DNA of 64,000 bases, taken from the IMG/VR virus record IMGVR_UViG_3300015603_000051, positions 1,358 through 65,357 of that record. The stretch is one strand, 5' to 3'. This DNA is from a virus (lineage: Duplodnaviria; Caudoviricetes). Positions within the stretch are counted from its first letter, which is position 1, and each line of letters begins with the position of its first letter. Positions 55,519-64,000 of this stretch are shown piece after piece. The notes under the pieces are model-generated. The model searched no databases, had not been told where the DNA came from, and saw only the letters and a program-made list of their open reading frames with translations. Both the position numbers and the translations under genes were made by a program.

Positions 55519-55860
55519 TCATAGCCATTCCCTCCTAGTTCTGTTCGTATAGGTAATGAGGTAGATAAATTCAACCGTTTCTCTTTTGCGCCTGTCCATG
55601 TCCCACATATACACAAACCCGTTGTCTCGCGCCATCCTCCTTGTTTGTCCGTAGGCGAGCATATTCTTCACAAGTAGGTCTTCCGCTCCCTCCCCCCACG
55701 CTTTGACCGCAACGTCGAAGTCTTCTACCAATTCGGCCTTGTTTGCGAGCGAATATTCTTTCGCATCTACTACCAACACTACGTTGTCTACCGCTGCGAA
55801 CACAGGTTCTAGCTTTCTCTTAATGCGCGAGTACCGGCGGAGTTTTGTTTTCGTTTTCAT
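55519..55860 (-). CDS. hypothetical protein
   Basis: AGGAGG RBS; ATGA overlap. Confidence 0.65.
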   Translation of the reverse strand: MKTKTKLRRYSRIKRKLEPVFAAVDNVVLVVDAKEYSLANKAELVEDFDVAVKAWGEGAEDLLVKNMLAYGQTRRMARDNGFVYMWDMDRRKRETVEFIYLITYTNRTRREWL

Positions 55861-56618
55861 GACGCCCTCCTTTTCTTAGGTAACTCGCCTGCGGGTACAG
55901 GCACTTTATCAAACGCATCGAATTGGTCGTACGCTGCCCATCTAACATTCTCGAACACCGCGTTCGACCAGTACGCCTGTCTCCCCCACCCCATCAAATA
56001 CGTCCCGCCAAGTGACTTCTTCAAGATGTACATGAGAACATCGTCTTCGTTCTTCCCATTCTTGATATGCTGCGCTATCCCCGCTGCCGCTATCGCAGGT
56101 GTATCGGCATATAGCCCACTGCTCGGTGTTGTTGCCGACATGATCGCCTTGGCACGATCGAACACAGGCTTCAACCTTGCCCGTACTTCCTTCGCCCTGT
56201 CCTTGTTCAGCACATAATTGAACTCAGTTTCAGGGTTCAGCACGACACCATCTTTTATCCGCAGCCCTTCACGCGGTATTGCATACGAGCCGCCACTCAC
56301 CCCAACGCGCACTCGGTTCTGCTCACGCCGCACACTGAATGGCGCAATGCTATGCATGAACATCGTAGTGCTTACCGTCTCCCATCCTCCATGGTTTAAC
56401 TCGATCGTGCCGTCAGGGAAGAAGCTCACACAATTCGTACTGTGCAGCTTGAAGTGAACCACTTCCCTATCCATATGCACGACCATCGCGTTGTCGCTGC
56501 TGCGCTTGCCGATGTGCCTGATGCCAGTAGTGCGTAAAGGCTTGATGCTGTCGTGGTAGCGCTTGGCACTGTAGTAGCCGGACAGCGAAGGTACTGCGTC
56601 ATAGTTTCTGTTGTACAT
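55857..56618 (-). CDS. hypothetical protein, apparent paralog of 60307..61287
   Basis: GGGAG RBS; shared motifs (see findings). Confidence 0.7.
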   Translation of the reverse strand: MYNRNYDAVPSLSGYYSAKRYHDSIKPLRTTGIRHIGKRSSDNAMVVHMDREVVHFKLHSTNCVSFFPDGTIELNHGGWETVSTTMFMHSIAPFSVRREQNRVRVGVSGGSYAIPREGLRIKDGVVLNPETEFNYVLNKDRAKEVRARLKPVFDRAKAIMSATTPSSGLYADTPAIAAAGIAQHIKNGKNEDDVLMYILKKSLGGTYLMGWGRQAYWSNAVFENVRWAAYDQFDAFDKVPVPAGELPKKRRAS

Positions 56619-56670
56619 ACTTATCTCCCTAAGTGTGTGAACTGCGGGGCGCTACTACTGCCCCGCTACT

Positions 56671-56689
56671 TGTTGTGGCTGCCACAACA
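56671..56689. repeat. 19-bp palindrome, copy 6
   Basis: Exact match; intergenic, next to a GCGGGGC/GCCCCGC hairpin at 56644-56666. Confidence 0.95.
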
Positions 56690-56692
56690 TTT

Positions 56693-57229
56693 TTACTTCC
56701 AAGCAGCGAGCAGTTGGTCGAGCTTCGCTTCGATACGGTCGAGCTGCGAGTTACCGCCCCAATTAGGCAAGCTGGCAACCGTTACAACACCATCTTCTTC
56801 ATCCAGCATCTGCCGCACTTTGCCCGTGATATAGCGCATAGCCAAGTCTTTGTCGAACATATAGCGAGTCTTGCCATTGCCTGCTGGACTCGATGTGTGC
56901 GGCACCCCTGCTGCGATCAGTTCGTCACGAATCTTGCCGTCTGCCGCTGGTACACCACGCTCGCGCAGTTCCACCACGACTGCGTATGTGGACATGGTTT
57001 CTGATTTCGGCTTCACCGGCACACTAGCGCTCACCATATGCTTGATGTAGTTGGCCACAGTCAGAGCATCATAGAAGCGATAGATGCGCTTGCCCATCGG
57101 TATTTCCAGCTCAGTTGCACCCATATCAAGCAGTGCTTTCGCTATGATGTTAGACTCCGGTGCTGCTACGCCCGCTGCACGCAGTTGCTCGGATACTTGG
57201 AACAGTGATATTTGCTTAGTCGATTTCAT
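56693..57229 (-). CDS. hypothetical protein with two similar HTH-like halves
   Basis: GGGAG RBS; S...V..LR..GV.A...I...L...G...Y.(F/M) occurs twice. Confidence 0.65.
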   Translation of the reverse strand: MKSTKQISLFQVSEQLRAAGVAAPESNIIAKALLDMGATELEIPMGKRIYRFYDALTVANYIKHMVSASVPVKPKSETMSTYAVVVELRERGVPAADGKIRDELIAAGVPHTSSPAGNGKTRYMFDKDLAMRYITGKVRQMLDEEDGVVTVASLPNWGGNSQLDRIEAKLDQLLAAWK

Positions 57230-57270
57230 TTTGATTCTCCCATAAGATTAAAAAGATTTACTACGAGGTA

Positions 57271-58503
57271 CTACACTTCCAAACGAATTGTCTTCCCTAC
57301 TGTCGACACGATGTTCGATGTGATGCACCACAGCGTAGGCACATTCCACTGGCCGAAGTCATTGCCTAAGTACCCATCTGTTACCTGAACCACAGCCACA
57401 ACATCCTGCATACCATGGACGATCTTAGCCATGTCGAGTACGCAAGTGCCGCCACCGCCCGCAGGTTTAGTCGAAGTCAGGATGCTGTCATAGTCTCCCT
57501 GCTTGTACACTTCATGCGCTGCGACTCGCGTATCCCAATACATCAGGTGCACTTCGGACGGGTTCATCGTCTTGCACAGGGCTACGAACTCACTCACGGC
57601 TGCCGTCAATTCTTTACTACCGATCGAGCCCGAGGTATCAATGCCGAACACAACCTTGCCAACGGACTCGCTGATCGTGCTGGGCAAATACAAATCCTCA
57701 TGCAAGAACCTGCGGTTAGGCCGGCGCCATGTAGCTTCATCATTACCCTGACAAGTCTCCGTTATAAAGTCGGACATTTGCTGCTTCCAGTCTACCTTCG
57801 GCTCAAGCACTTCACCCAAGCCACGGTGCACATTACCACCGAGCTTACCCGCCAAGTACGCACCTTGACGCAACGCGTCTTCGACTGCGGCTCTGATCTT
57901 ACCCTCGACTTCGGCTTGCTCTTCCGGCGTACCCGCTGCGGTTCCTTCATCATGCAGATGCTCGTCCATGCCCGCTTCGCTACTACCACCCTTACCTTCC
58001 CCCTTACCACCCTTACCTTCCCCCTTACCACCCTTCTTGGCGCCCTTCATCAAGTCCTTGAATACCATCGGCACAGACCAGCCTTGGTACTTGCGATCAA
58101 GGCATCCCATCTGCTTGCCGTCCGGTGTCTTAGGCATGGTTGCGAAGTTGCCGTCAGAGTCGCCGTCCACGATCATGTTGTTGACTACATGGTCGATCGC
58201 TTGTGCATATGCTTCTGCGTTTACTTTGTGCAGGTTGCTGTAGTCGAACACATGAAGCAAGGCGAAGTGCGTAATCTCATGCAGCACAAGAAAGTTAAAT
58301 TCTTTCTCGTTCAATGCATCCATGAACTTCCTGCCGTACTTGCGATTGCCCGCCCTGTCGATGCTCGCCGTGGGTGTTGTCTCACACACCTCTGACTTGC
58401 CCATGAAGATCAGACCGCTGTATGCACACCATGTGGGGTGTCGTAGCATCTGATAGTGTGTGCGCTCGAGCCTAGACTCGACGCTGTGTTTTCCTGTTGC
58501 CAT
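57271..58503 (-). CDS. metallopeptidase-like/VWA protein (DUF2201-like)
   Basis: LHEITH, W.RPNRR, MIDAS DTSGS, GGGGT, TDGY. Confidence 0.85.
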   Translation of the reverse strand: MATGKHSVESRLERTHYQMLRHPTWCAYSGLIFMGKSEVCETTPTASIDRAGNRKYGRKFMDALNEKEFNFLVLHEITHFALLHVFDYSNLHKVNAEAYAQAIDHVVNNMIVDGDSDGNFATMPKTPDGKQMGCLDRKYQGWSVPMVFKDLMKGAKKGGKGEGKGGKGEGKGGSSEAGMDEHLHDEGTAAGTPEEQAEVEGKIRAAVEDALRQGAYLAGKLGGNVHRGLGEVLEPKVDWKQQMSDFITETCQGNDEATWRRPNRRFLHEDLYLPSTISESVGKVVFGIDTSGSIGSKELTAAVSEFVALCKTMNPSEVHLMYWDTRVAAHEVYKQGDYDSILTSTKPAGGGGTCVLDMAKIVHGMQDVVAVVQVTDGYLGNDFGQWNVPTLWCITSNIVSTVGKTIRLEV

Positions 58504-58543
58504 GATTTATCTCCCAATAAAGTTATGCTGTTTGCCTACTATC

Positions 58544-58777
58544 CTACTGTTCATTTGTTGTGGCAGCCACAACATCTTCCGGTTCCCGTATTACCATCAC
58601 CTTCTCGCCACCGTAGTATTTACGCTGGTAATCGTTGTACACTTTCATGTACTCCATCGGGTCGTCAAGGATATGCTTGGCGTACACCATCGCTATCATG
58701 AATTTCTTCTGCCAGTACAGCCCATACAATAGCCCTGCGACAGCTAGCGATAATGCCACCCACTCAAATGTCGTCAT
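58544..58777 (-). CDS. small membrane protein containing a palindrome copy (DVVAATTN)
   Basis: AAGGAG RBS; N-terminal TM segment. Confidence 0.65.
   Translation of the reverse strand: MTTFEWVALSLAVAGLLYGLYWQKKFMIAMVYAKHILDDPMEYMKVYNDYQRKYYGGEKVMVIREPEDVVAATTNEQ
58556..58574. repeat. 19-bp palindrome, copy 7 (centre A)
   Basis: TGTTGTGGCAGCCACAACA. Confidence 0.95.
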
Positions 58778-58787
58778 GCAGTTCTCC

Positions 58788-59879
58788 TTACCATATGTTT
58801 TTCAGTTTCGCCACGGCTTTTGCCATGCTCGGATGCTGCGCTGCCCATACCGATGTGCTTGGCGTGGACAAAATACGATTGATAAAGATGCCATGCATTT
58901 CAGCATTGAACCGATCGACATACTCCATCACCGCTTTCAAGTCGCCCTTCGTTACCTTTACCAGCAGCGAGAATACCAACAACAGGCGCGCGGGTGGCGA
59001 GTCAGGGATAGGGCACTTCGCAGGGTTGGCAAGAATCGCTTTGTAGTCAGGCAAGCTCTCTTCCAGATTTACAAAAGTCATCATGCTGTTTGCCGTGTTC
59101 ACCCCGACCGTACCCGACAGTGCTGCGTGCAGCGTAGCCGATGTGAGTTTCTGCTTGTTCTCCAGTACCGCATTGCACTTGAACAGTGAGCGTGGGGTAC
59201 AGACCGACCGTTGCACCTTCTTCGGGTTGTAGATGTACGGGTTCGCACCATCGGGGTCGTCGCGATACGACTGGAATATCTGCGGGAACTCTTCTGCAAA
59301 TGCCAGCAGGGTTGCGTTCGCACCGTTCTCCATGCCCCACGCTTGCCATTCCTCGCTGCTCGGGCTGCGCAGTTCGACTTCCGTGATGCGGTTGCGTACA
59401 TGAGCTTGCATATCATCACCCAGCCCTTCTTCCTGCAAGTTGGAAGAACAGAACACGATCGAGTCAGGGTGCAGCACCGTACTACCCAAGCGACGCTCAA
59501 GCATCAGCGGCAGCAGCATATTCTTCACATCACGCGTGCCTTTCAAATACTCGTCCAGCATGATGCAAACAGGTACGCCAAGGTGCAGCTTGAAATGCTC
59601 GTTCGGATAGAAGCCGGTGCAGCGCTCGTCCTTGTTAATCACAGGCATCATGGTGTCACCGAACGAAAGGTTCGCGCAGTCGATGTATGCACCGACCATG
59701 TTTGGCACAGTCTTACGCATCTTATCCAGCACCATCTTCTGCAGCGAGGACTTGCCGATGCCAGTTGGTCCGCGTACCAACACCGTGTTGCTATGTCCAG
59801 TGGCGCAGATCAGGTCAGTGACTTCGGAATGGTTAAGGGTAGCTACACCTGCGACTGCGTTTGTTTTTATCGTTGCCAT
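58788..59879 (-). CDS. MoxR-like AAA+ ATPase
   Basis: Walker A GPTGIGKS, Walker B MLDE, sensor N, RNR, TPRS; start reassigned to 59879 (GGGAG RBS). Confidence 0.88.
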   Translation of the reverse strand: MATIKTNAVAGVATLNHSEVTDLICATGHSNTVLVRGPTGIGKSSLQKMVLDKMRKTVPNMVGAYIDCANLSFGDTMMPVINKDERCTGFYPNEHFKLHLGVPVCIMLDEYLKGTRDVKNMLLPLMLERRLGSTVLHPDSIVFCSSNLQEEGLGDDMQAHVRNRITEVELRSPSSEEWQAWGMENGANATLLAFAEEFPQIFQSYRDDPDGANPYIYNPKKVQRSVCTPRSLFKCNAVLENKQKLTSATLHAALSGTVGVNTANSMMTFVNLEESLPDYKAILANPAKCPIPDSPPARLLLVFSLLVKVTKGDLKAVMEYVDRFNAEMHGIFINRILSTPSTSVWAAQHPSMAKAVAKLKNIW

Positions 59880-59897
59880 TTTGAATCTCCCATAATT

Positions 59898-59916
59898 TGT
59901 TGTGGCTGCCACAACA
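59898..59916. repeat. 19-bp palindrome, copy 8
   Basis: Exact match; between the promoter and the RBS of the AAA gene. Confidence 0.95.
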
Positions 59917-59973
59917 TTTACTACGCCCCGCATCCGGCGGGTTCGGTCATACAAACATTTCCTACTAGATAAC

Positions 59974-60002
59974 ATTATAGCATTGTATCTATCCTATGTC
60001 AA
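59974..60002 (-). promoter_or_regulatory. consensus sigma70 early promoter
   Basis: TTGACA-17 nt-TATAAT with TGn extension. Confidence 0.88.
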
Positions 60003-60046
60003 GCGATTCTGGACGTGATACAACTTATTTCAGTGTGTTTTCTGAT

Positions 60047-60310
60047 TTATTTTGCTGCTACTTCACGGTCGTATCTCTCGCCCATCATCTGCATGGCGAG
60101 GTACTGTGCTTCGCATATCACTCGCATGGTTATGTCTGGCTGGTTTGTTATGCAGATCATATCCGTATACTTCCCATCGAGGTTATTCGCGCTTACCTTC
60201 TGCGTGTTAGACATGGCACGCATAAACATAACCCCTGCTTCGAACGGCATCACATAGCTCTCATATCCAACCTTGATTATGGCGTACCCTTCATTTGGTT
60301 TGGTTTTCAT
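60047..60310 (-). CDS. hypothetical protein
   Basis: ATGA overlap; AGGA RBS. Confidence 0.6.
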   Translation of the reverse strand: MKTKPNEGYAIIKVGYESYVMPFEAGVMFMRAMSNTQKVSANNLDGKYTDMICITNQPDITMRVICEAQYLAMQMMGERYDREVAAK

Positions 60311-61287
60311 TTTTTCTTTCCTTTCTTTTTAGGTACAGGTAACACGAACGGCATGGCGAACGACCTGCCTTGTGGCGCAGAGCCGATCGGCTGCGGGGTT
60401 ATATCGTACACATCCATGCTCTCGTACATAATCTGATGAAGCTTGCTTCTCGCTTTCTTAAAGTCGAGATAGGCTGCCCGTATCAACTTCGGCGGGTCGA
60501 ACTCGTATGTACCTGCCCTCGTTCCGTTGTTCCAAGTATACCGCCCACGATGCAGTTCCTCTGCCTGAAATGCGGCGATCACACAGCTGCCGACGATATG
60601 CAGGATGTTGTCCTCGTTGCCCTCGAGCGCGTCCTGTATGAACACCTTGCGCGCTGCCGCGCTACTCTGGTAGCCGAAGTCCACCTGCTTCTTTTGATAA
60701 ATATCGTATGCTTCTCGCGGGTTCGCTGCCCCGCAGATGTTCTCCAGTATGGTCACGATGTGCTTGTACTTGGTGCGTGCTGCCTTGCTGCGCTCCTTGT
60801 TGATAGTCGACTTGAACTCCTGCTGCGGCGTGAGGGGATGCCCTGTTGCACTGATCGTCAGCCCCCGCTTACCCACGCGGTAATACTTCTTGTCCTTGAC
60901 CAGATATGCTGCATCCCGCACCTTCTCGAAGTAGTACGGTGTGAACCGTGTCATGAGCGATGTGATGTAGTTGCTCGCCCACCCTGCCGCTGTCGGGTCG
61001 TTGTAGTGCTTGGTGCCGCCCACCCGTATGCGTCCGTCCGGCAGGTAGCTCACGATAGCGTTCTTCCAGTTCCTGATCGTGTAAATTGAGCCGAACTTGG
61101 TGTCGCGCTTGGTCATGTGGACGCTGCCCCGATAGCCTTGGCTTGTGTACTCCATCGGTATGCGCCCTCGACGCTCGCTCGTTGCGTCTCGCGTTTTTAC
61201 CCTCGGTTCAGTGGCATAGTGCTTCGCCGCCTGTGCATATGACTCGATTGGGTAAAAGTTGTACATATTTGTCGATCCCCAGCCCAT
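60307..61287 (-). CDS. hypothetical protein, apparent paralog of 55857..56618
   Basis: 326-aa ORF; GGGAG RBS. Confidence 0.75.
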   Translation of the reverse strand: MGWGSTNMYNFYPIESYAQAAKHYATEPRVKTRDATSERRGRIPMEYTSQGYRGSVHMTKRDTKFGSIYTIRNWKNAIVSYLPDGRIRVGGTKHYNDPTAAGWASNYITSLMTRFTPYYFEKVRDAAYLVKDKKYYRVGKRGLTISATGHPLTPQQEFKSTINKERSKAARTKYKHIVTILENICGAANPREAYDIYQKKQVDFGYQSSAAARKVFIQDALEGNEDNILHIVGSCVIAAFQAEELHRGRYTWNNGTRAGTYEFDPPKLIRAAYLDFKKARSKLHQIMYESMDVYDITPQPIGSAPQGRSFAMPFVLPVPKKKGKKK

Positions 61288-61339
61288 GATTATCTCCCTA
61301 AGAATTGTTTAAAGTTTAAATGTTGTGAACGCTACGCTA

Positions 61340-61495
61340 TTAGTCGTTTCCCTCTGGGTCTTTCATGCTGCATATGATTACCCCTACAACAACCCACACT
61401 GCTGCTAGCCACCATAAATTGTGACTAACACCACGTCCTCCCAACACGATTACTATGCTTACCAGCAACGCTATCACTACTATAAATGTGCTCAT
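61340..61495 (-). CDS. small two-TM membrane protein
   Basis: AGGAGG RBS; two hydrophobic helices. Confidence 0.6.
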   Translation of the reverse strand: MSTFIVVIALLVSIVIVLGGRGVSHNLWWLAAVWVVVGVIICSMKDPEGND

Positions 61496-61512
61496 AAACC
61501 CTCCTGTGTTTT

Positions 61513-61530
61513 TGTTGTGGCGCCACAACA
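61513..61530. repeat. palindrome variant lacking the centre base, copy 9
   Basis: TGTTGTGGCGCCACAACA just upstream of an RBS. Confidence 0.9.
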
Positions 61531-61609
61531 TTATTCATCTGGTCCTTTGTTTTCCCACCGGTAGCAGATGATTACTACTACCACGCACGCTACGATTAAA
61601 AGCCATAGG

Positions 61610-61927
61610 CTAAAGTTGCTCATTTCGTTCTCCTTGTATTGACTGCTCAAGTTCATACCGCTCGCGTAGCTGTTCTAGCCCACGGTCAATGTTCCAATTC
61701 CATTCTCCCTCACAAGGTACTACGCAAAACTCACAAGCTAGCGTAATCACAGGGTCTATGTCTCCCGTCTTGAGTGCCAGCTTAACTACTTCCAGAGTTT
61801 CCTTATTATCAGGGTATGAACCATTAAGAGTTGATGGGTGCTCACTCGCCCGTACTACTGATGCCAGTACCTCAAGCGGTGGGCGTATGCGCTTCCATAG
61901 CGTAGTTGCTCGAATAGCCATAGTCAC
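61610..61927 (-). CDS. hypothetical protein
   Basis: Packed early-region ORF. Confidence 0.5.
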   Translation of the reverse strand: MTMAIRATTLWKRIRPPLEVLASVVRASEHPSTLNGSYPDNKETLEVVKLALKTGDIDPVITLACEFCVVPCEGEWNWNIDRGLEQLRERYELEQSIQGERNEQL

Positions 61928-62059
61928 TCACCATACCTTTCTTTAGCAGCAACCTGTTCACGCACCGCATCCAGCTCGGCTTGCCTGACAAACGAGGGCG
62001 TGTGTATTGCTGCCATGTACAGCCAGATGGTGTACAAGTGTTTCTCGAAGTTGACCATA

Positions 62060-62344
62060 TCAATTCCCCCTTTTCACATCCGCATCGTAGATATACTCGG
62101 CGTTCTTGCGGCTCCAGTAACCAATCTTATCGACCCCATCTTTCGCATCTGTGCACTCTAGCGCCCAATCTAGATACACTTTCACAAGGGCATCTATCTC
62201 TTTTGTTTTGTGATAGGTATCCCAAGCGTCCTTTCGCTCTGCCAGATCACACTTATCAGTTCTTCTATCAGGGTGTGCTGATGGGTCTACGACTTCAATC
62301 AGCAAGTCGATCGCATCAAACACCCGATGCTTAATGTCGTCCAT
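62060..62344 (-). CDS. hypothetical protein
   Basis: Packed early-region ORF. Confidence 0.55.
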   Translation of the reverse strand: MDDIKHRVFDAIDLLIEVVDPSAHPDRRTDKCDLAERKDAWDTYHKTKEIDALVKVYLDWALECTDAKDGVDKIGYWSRKNAEYIYDADVKRGN

Positions 62345-62532
62345 ATCTCACCCCGCCCGAAATGAACTATATGGCAGCAGCATACCTTCGTCGTCGCCAC
62401 CCCGCACTAGGTCACGCAGTATTGCCCGCGTGCTTACCCGCACTTTGCGTGTTGCCTGTCTGCGTAAGTGCTTGCCGATCGCACTCGGTACAGATTTACA
62501 CATATCACACCCACATGATTTAGGTCTGCATT

Positions 62533-62853
62533 TCATACATCCTCCAATGTAAAAGGCTCGGTGAGCCACTGTGAAAGTACATCGTTAATCTTTTCTTCGT
62601 AGTGCACTGCATCATCTTTCGTTGGCCCTTGGTGCATCTGAAACCATACCAACGCTTGCAACAGCAAGTCCTCGTCCTCCTTGCCCACGACATACTGCAC
62701 CAGCGAGTACGCCCCACCGCATACTTCATAGGGAATATCACCTGCCCTGCGTAACTGCGTGGTCAGCTGCGCTTCGAACTCACTTGAGTTGGTTATGGGC
62801 TGCGCTAGCAACCACGCGTCTCTCGCTATGCGTACGAGTGTCTGTTCGTCCAT
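62533..62853 (-). CDS. hypothetical protein
   Basis: GGAGG RBS. Confidence 0.65.
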   Translation of the reverse strand: MDEQTLVRIARDAWLLAQPITNSSEFEAQLTTQLRRAGDIPYEVCGGAYSLVQYVVGKEDEDLLLQALVWFQMHQGPTKDDAVHYEEKINDVLSQWLTEPFTLEDV

Positions 62854-62854
62854 G

Positions 62855-63085
62855 TTATCCTCCGAACGCCTTCACGACCTCGGTGTGCATATGCAAGGCA
62901 AGATCGTTCCATGCCGCAGGTGCGATGACTGAGAACTCGCCCCACACATGTTCATCCAGCGGCATCTCGACTAACCGCTGTGCATAGGTAGCCACCGCTT
63001 CGAGCATGAACGCTTGCATCAGTGGGTTCGGGTGCTTGAGCATACGCGCGATGAACTTCGCTGCTGATTCCTGTTTCGTTTTCAT
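62855..63085 (-). CDS. hypothetical protein
   Basis: AGGAG RBS; LMQAF.LEA...YA motif. Confidence 0.7.
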   Translation of the reverse strand: MKTKQESAAKFIARMLKHPNPLMQAFMLEAVATYAQRLVEMPLDEHVWGEFSVIAPAAWNDLALHMHTEVVKAFGG

Positions 63086-63351
63086 GGCTTATCTCCTACG
63101 CTTATCAGGTGTTGTACATATGCAGCTTGCATTTCCAAGTTCAGGTCTGAATAGGCAAGTGCTCGCTTCACTTGAAAGTTATTAGTTTTATCAGGGGCAT
63201 AACGAAATACATATTCCCACTTCTTGAATGTGCCCATTTGAATAATCTCGTAGTTTTCATCCACGAACTGCACATCCACAGGGTTAAACTTCTTGGTCGC
63301 CATGTACTCAAGCAAGTTCTGTTTAGATGGTGTGAGTGGTATCTTTTTCAT
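63082..63351 (-). CDS. hypothetical protein
   Basis: GGGAG RBS. Confidence 0.65.
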   Translation of the reverse strand: MKKIPLTPSKQNLLEYMATKKFNPVDVQFVDENYEIIQMGTFKKWEYVFRYAPDKTNNFQVKRALAYSDLNLEMQAAYVQHLISVGDKP

Positions 63352-63364
63352 TTTGTATCTCCCG

Positions 63365-63619
63365 TTAAAATCGAAACATACGCTCGTTGATGTTACGCAG
63401 TACCCGCCCGTTCTCTTCTACCCGCCGGTCAGCGTACTCTAATAAGAAGCTGTTCACTCCACTCGAAGTCAGGTTAGACAGCATCTGGTCTGGTGCATCA
63501 TGCTTGCACATTTTCAGGCTATACAAACGGTTCGCCTGTTCGTACACATGGTAGCTGCCAGCATCGTTTGCCAGTGCGCCTTGCTTGAGTAATATAAACG
63601 CCTGAATAATCTTTTTCAT
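63365..63619 (-). CDS. first gene after the early promoter, hypothetical
   Basis: GGGAG RBS; start reassigned to 63619. Confidence 0.65.
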   Translation of the reverse strand: MKKIIQAFILLKQGALANDAGSYHVYEQANRLYSLKMCKHDAPDQMLSNLTSSGVNSFLLEYADRRVEENGRVLRNINERMFRF

Positions 63620-63635
63620 TTCAATCTCCCTAAGT

Positions 63636-63654
63636 TGTTGTGGCTGCCACAACA
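63636..63654. repeat. 19-bp palindrome, copy 10
   Basis: Exact match; between promoter and RBS; followed by a partial copy GTGGCTGCC. Confidence 0.95.
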
Positions 63655-63710
63655 AGTGGCTGCCCCGTTACCGCCTAACTACCTAATCAACACACTCCAC
63701 CTACAATAAC

Positions 63711-63739
63711 ATTATAGCAAGATTACTAGGCTATGTCAA
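63711..63739 (-). promoter_or_regulatory. consensus sigma70 early promoter
   Basis: TTGACA-17 nt-TATAAT; shares CTTGACATAG...TGCTATAATGTTAT with the promoter at 59974-60002. Confidence 0.88.
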
Positions 63740-64000
63740 GCTTTTTAGAAAGAAAAACACACTAATTTAGTGTGTTCTAGAAATTATTTTGGTGTGTTTT
63801 AGCGTAGCGCTTAGGACGCTTTAGCGAGTGTTAGCGGGGCACTGGGTCAGCGTCAATCAGGGCTAGCATGGCGGATAACATAGCATGGGCACGCGATTTG
63901 AACGGTTGGTACAGCACGCCCTTGTAATCGTAGCCATATTTGCCGTTCGGAGTCTCGAAGGTGTAGCACTGGTGTGAGTTCAGCCATGCCCGCATCGCCA

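Noticed and set aside
57985-58033. Tandem repeat encoding GGKGEGK
   Set aside because: Ordinary low-complexity linker between the peptidase-like and VWA domains.
59880-59975. Upstream starts in the ORF track that run through palindromes (59975, 61531, 63655)
   Set aside because: Downstream ATGs have strong RBSs and the extensions overlap promoter or UTR sequence, so these copies are not counted as coding.
51778-63654. Palindromes as N4-type hairpin promoters or as terminators
   Set aside because: No virion RNA polymerase motif was seen, the early genes have consensus sigma70 promoters, and the palindromes lack consistent U tracts.
1-64000. tRNA genes, diversity-generating retroelement, alternative genetic code
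   Set aside because: No cloverleaf or reverse transcriptase was seen by eye, and the core genes are intact under the standard code. tRNAscan-SE was not run.

Overview
The window is most or all of a ~64 kb tailed dsDNA bacteriophage genome with podovirus-like organisation. I saw no integrase, tRNA or CRISPR array. The + strand (2.1-35.5 kb) carries packaging, head, tail, lysis and ejection genes: TerS, intein-containing TerL, portal, GroES-like protein, major capsid, tail fibres, GH19 endolysin, holin, Rz/Rz1, and a 1995-aa polyvalent protein. The - strand (35.5-64 kb, plus 1-1.7 kb) carries replication and early genes: DUF927-type primase-helicase, SSB-like protein, SNF2 helicase, intein-containing Cas4-like exonuclease, family A DNA polymerase, an AAA ATPase/VWA module and many small ORFs. 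Five observations stand out. (1) The TerL intein has no in-frame nuclease; a complete Endonuclease VII-type gene with its own RBS is nested inside it in another frame. (2) A 19-bp palindrome, TGTTGTGGCWGCCACAACA, occurs 10 times, all in the early region, at promoters, RBSs and inside genes. (3) The Cas4-like gene holds a Gly-initiated class 3 intein. (4) An HNH gene appears to have replaced the 3' end of the groES-like gene. (5) A [FYM]AxGGxV motif recurs in putative internal virion proteins. All family calls come from motif recognition by eye, not from database searches.
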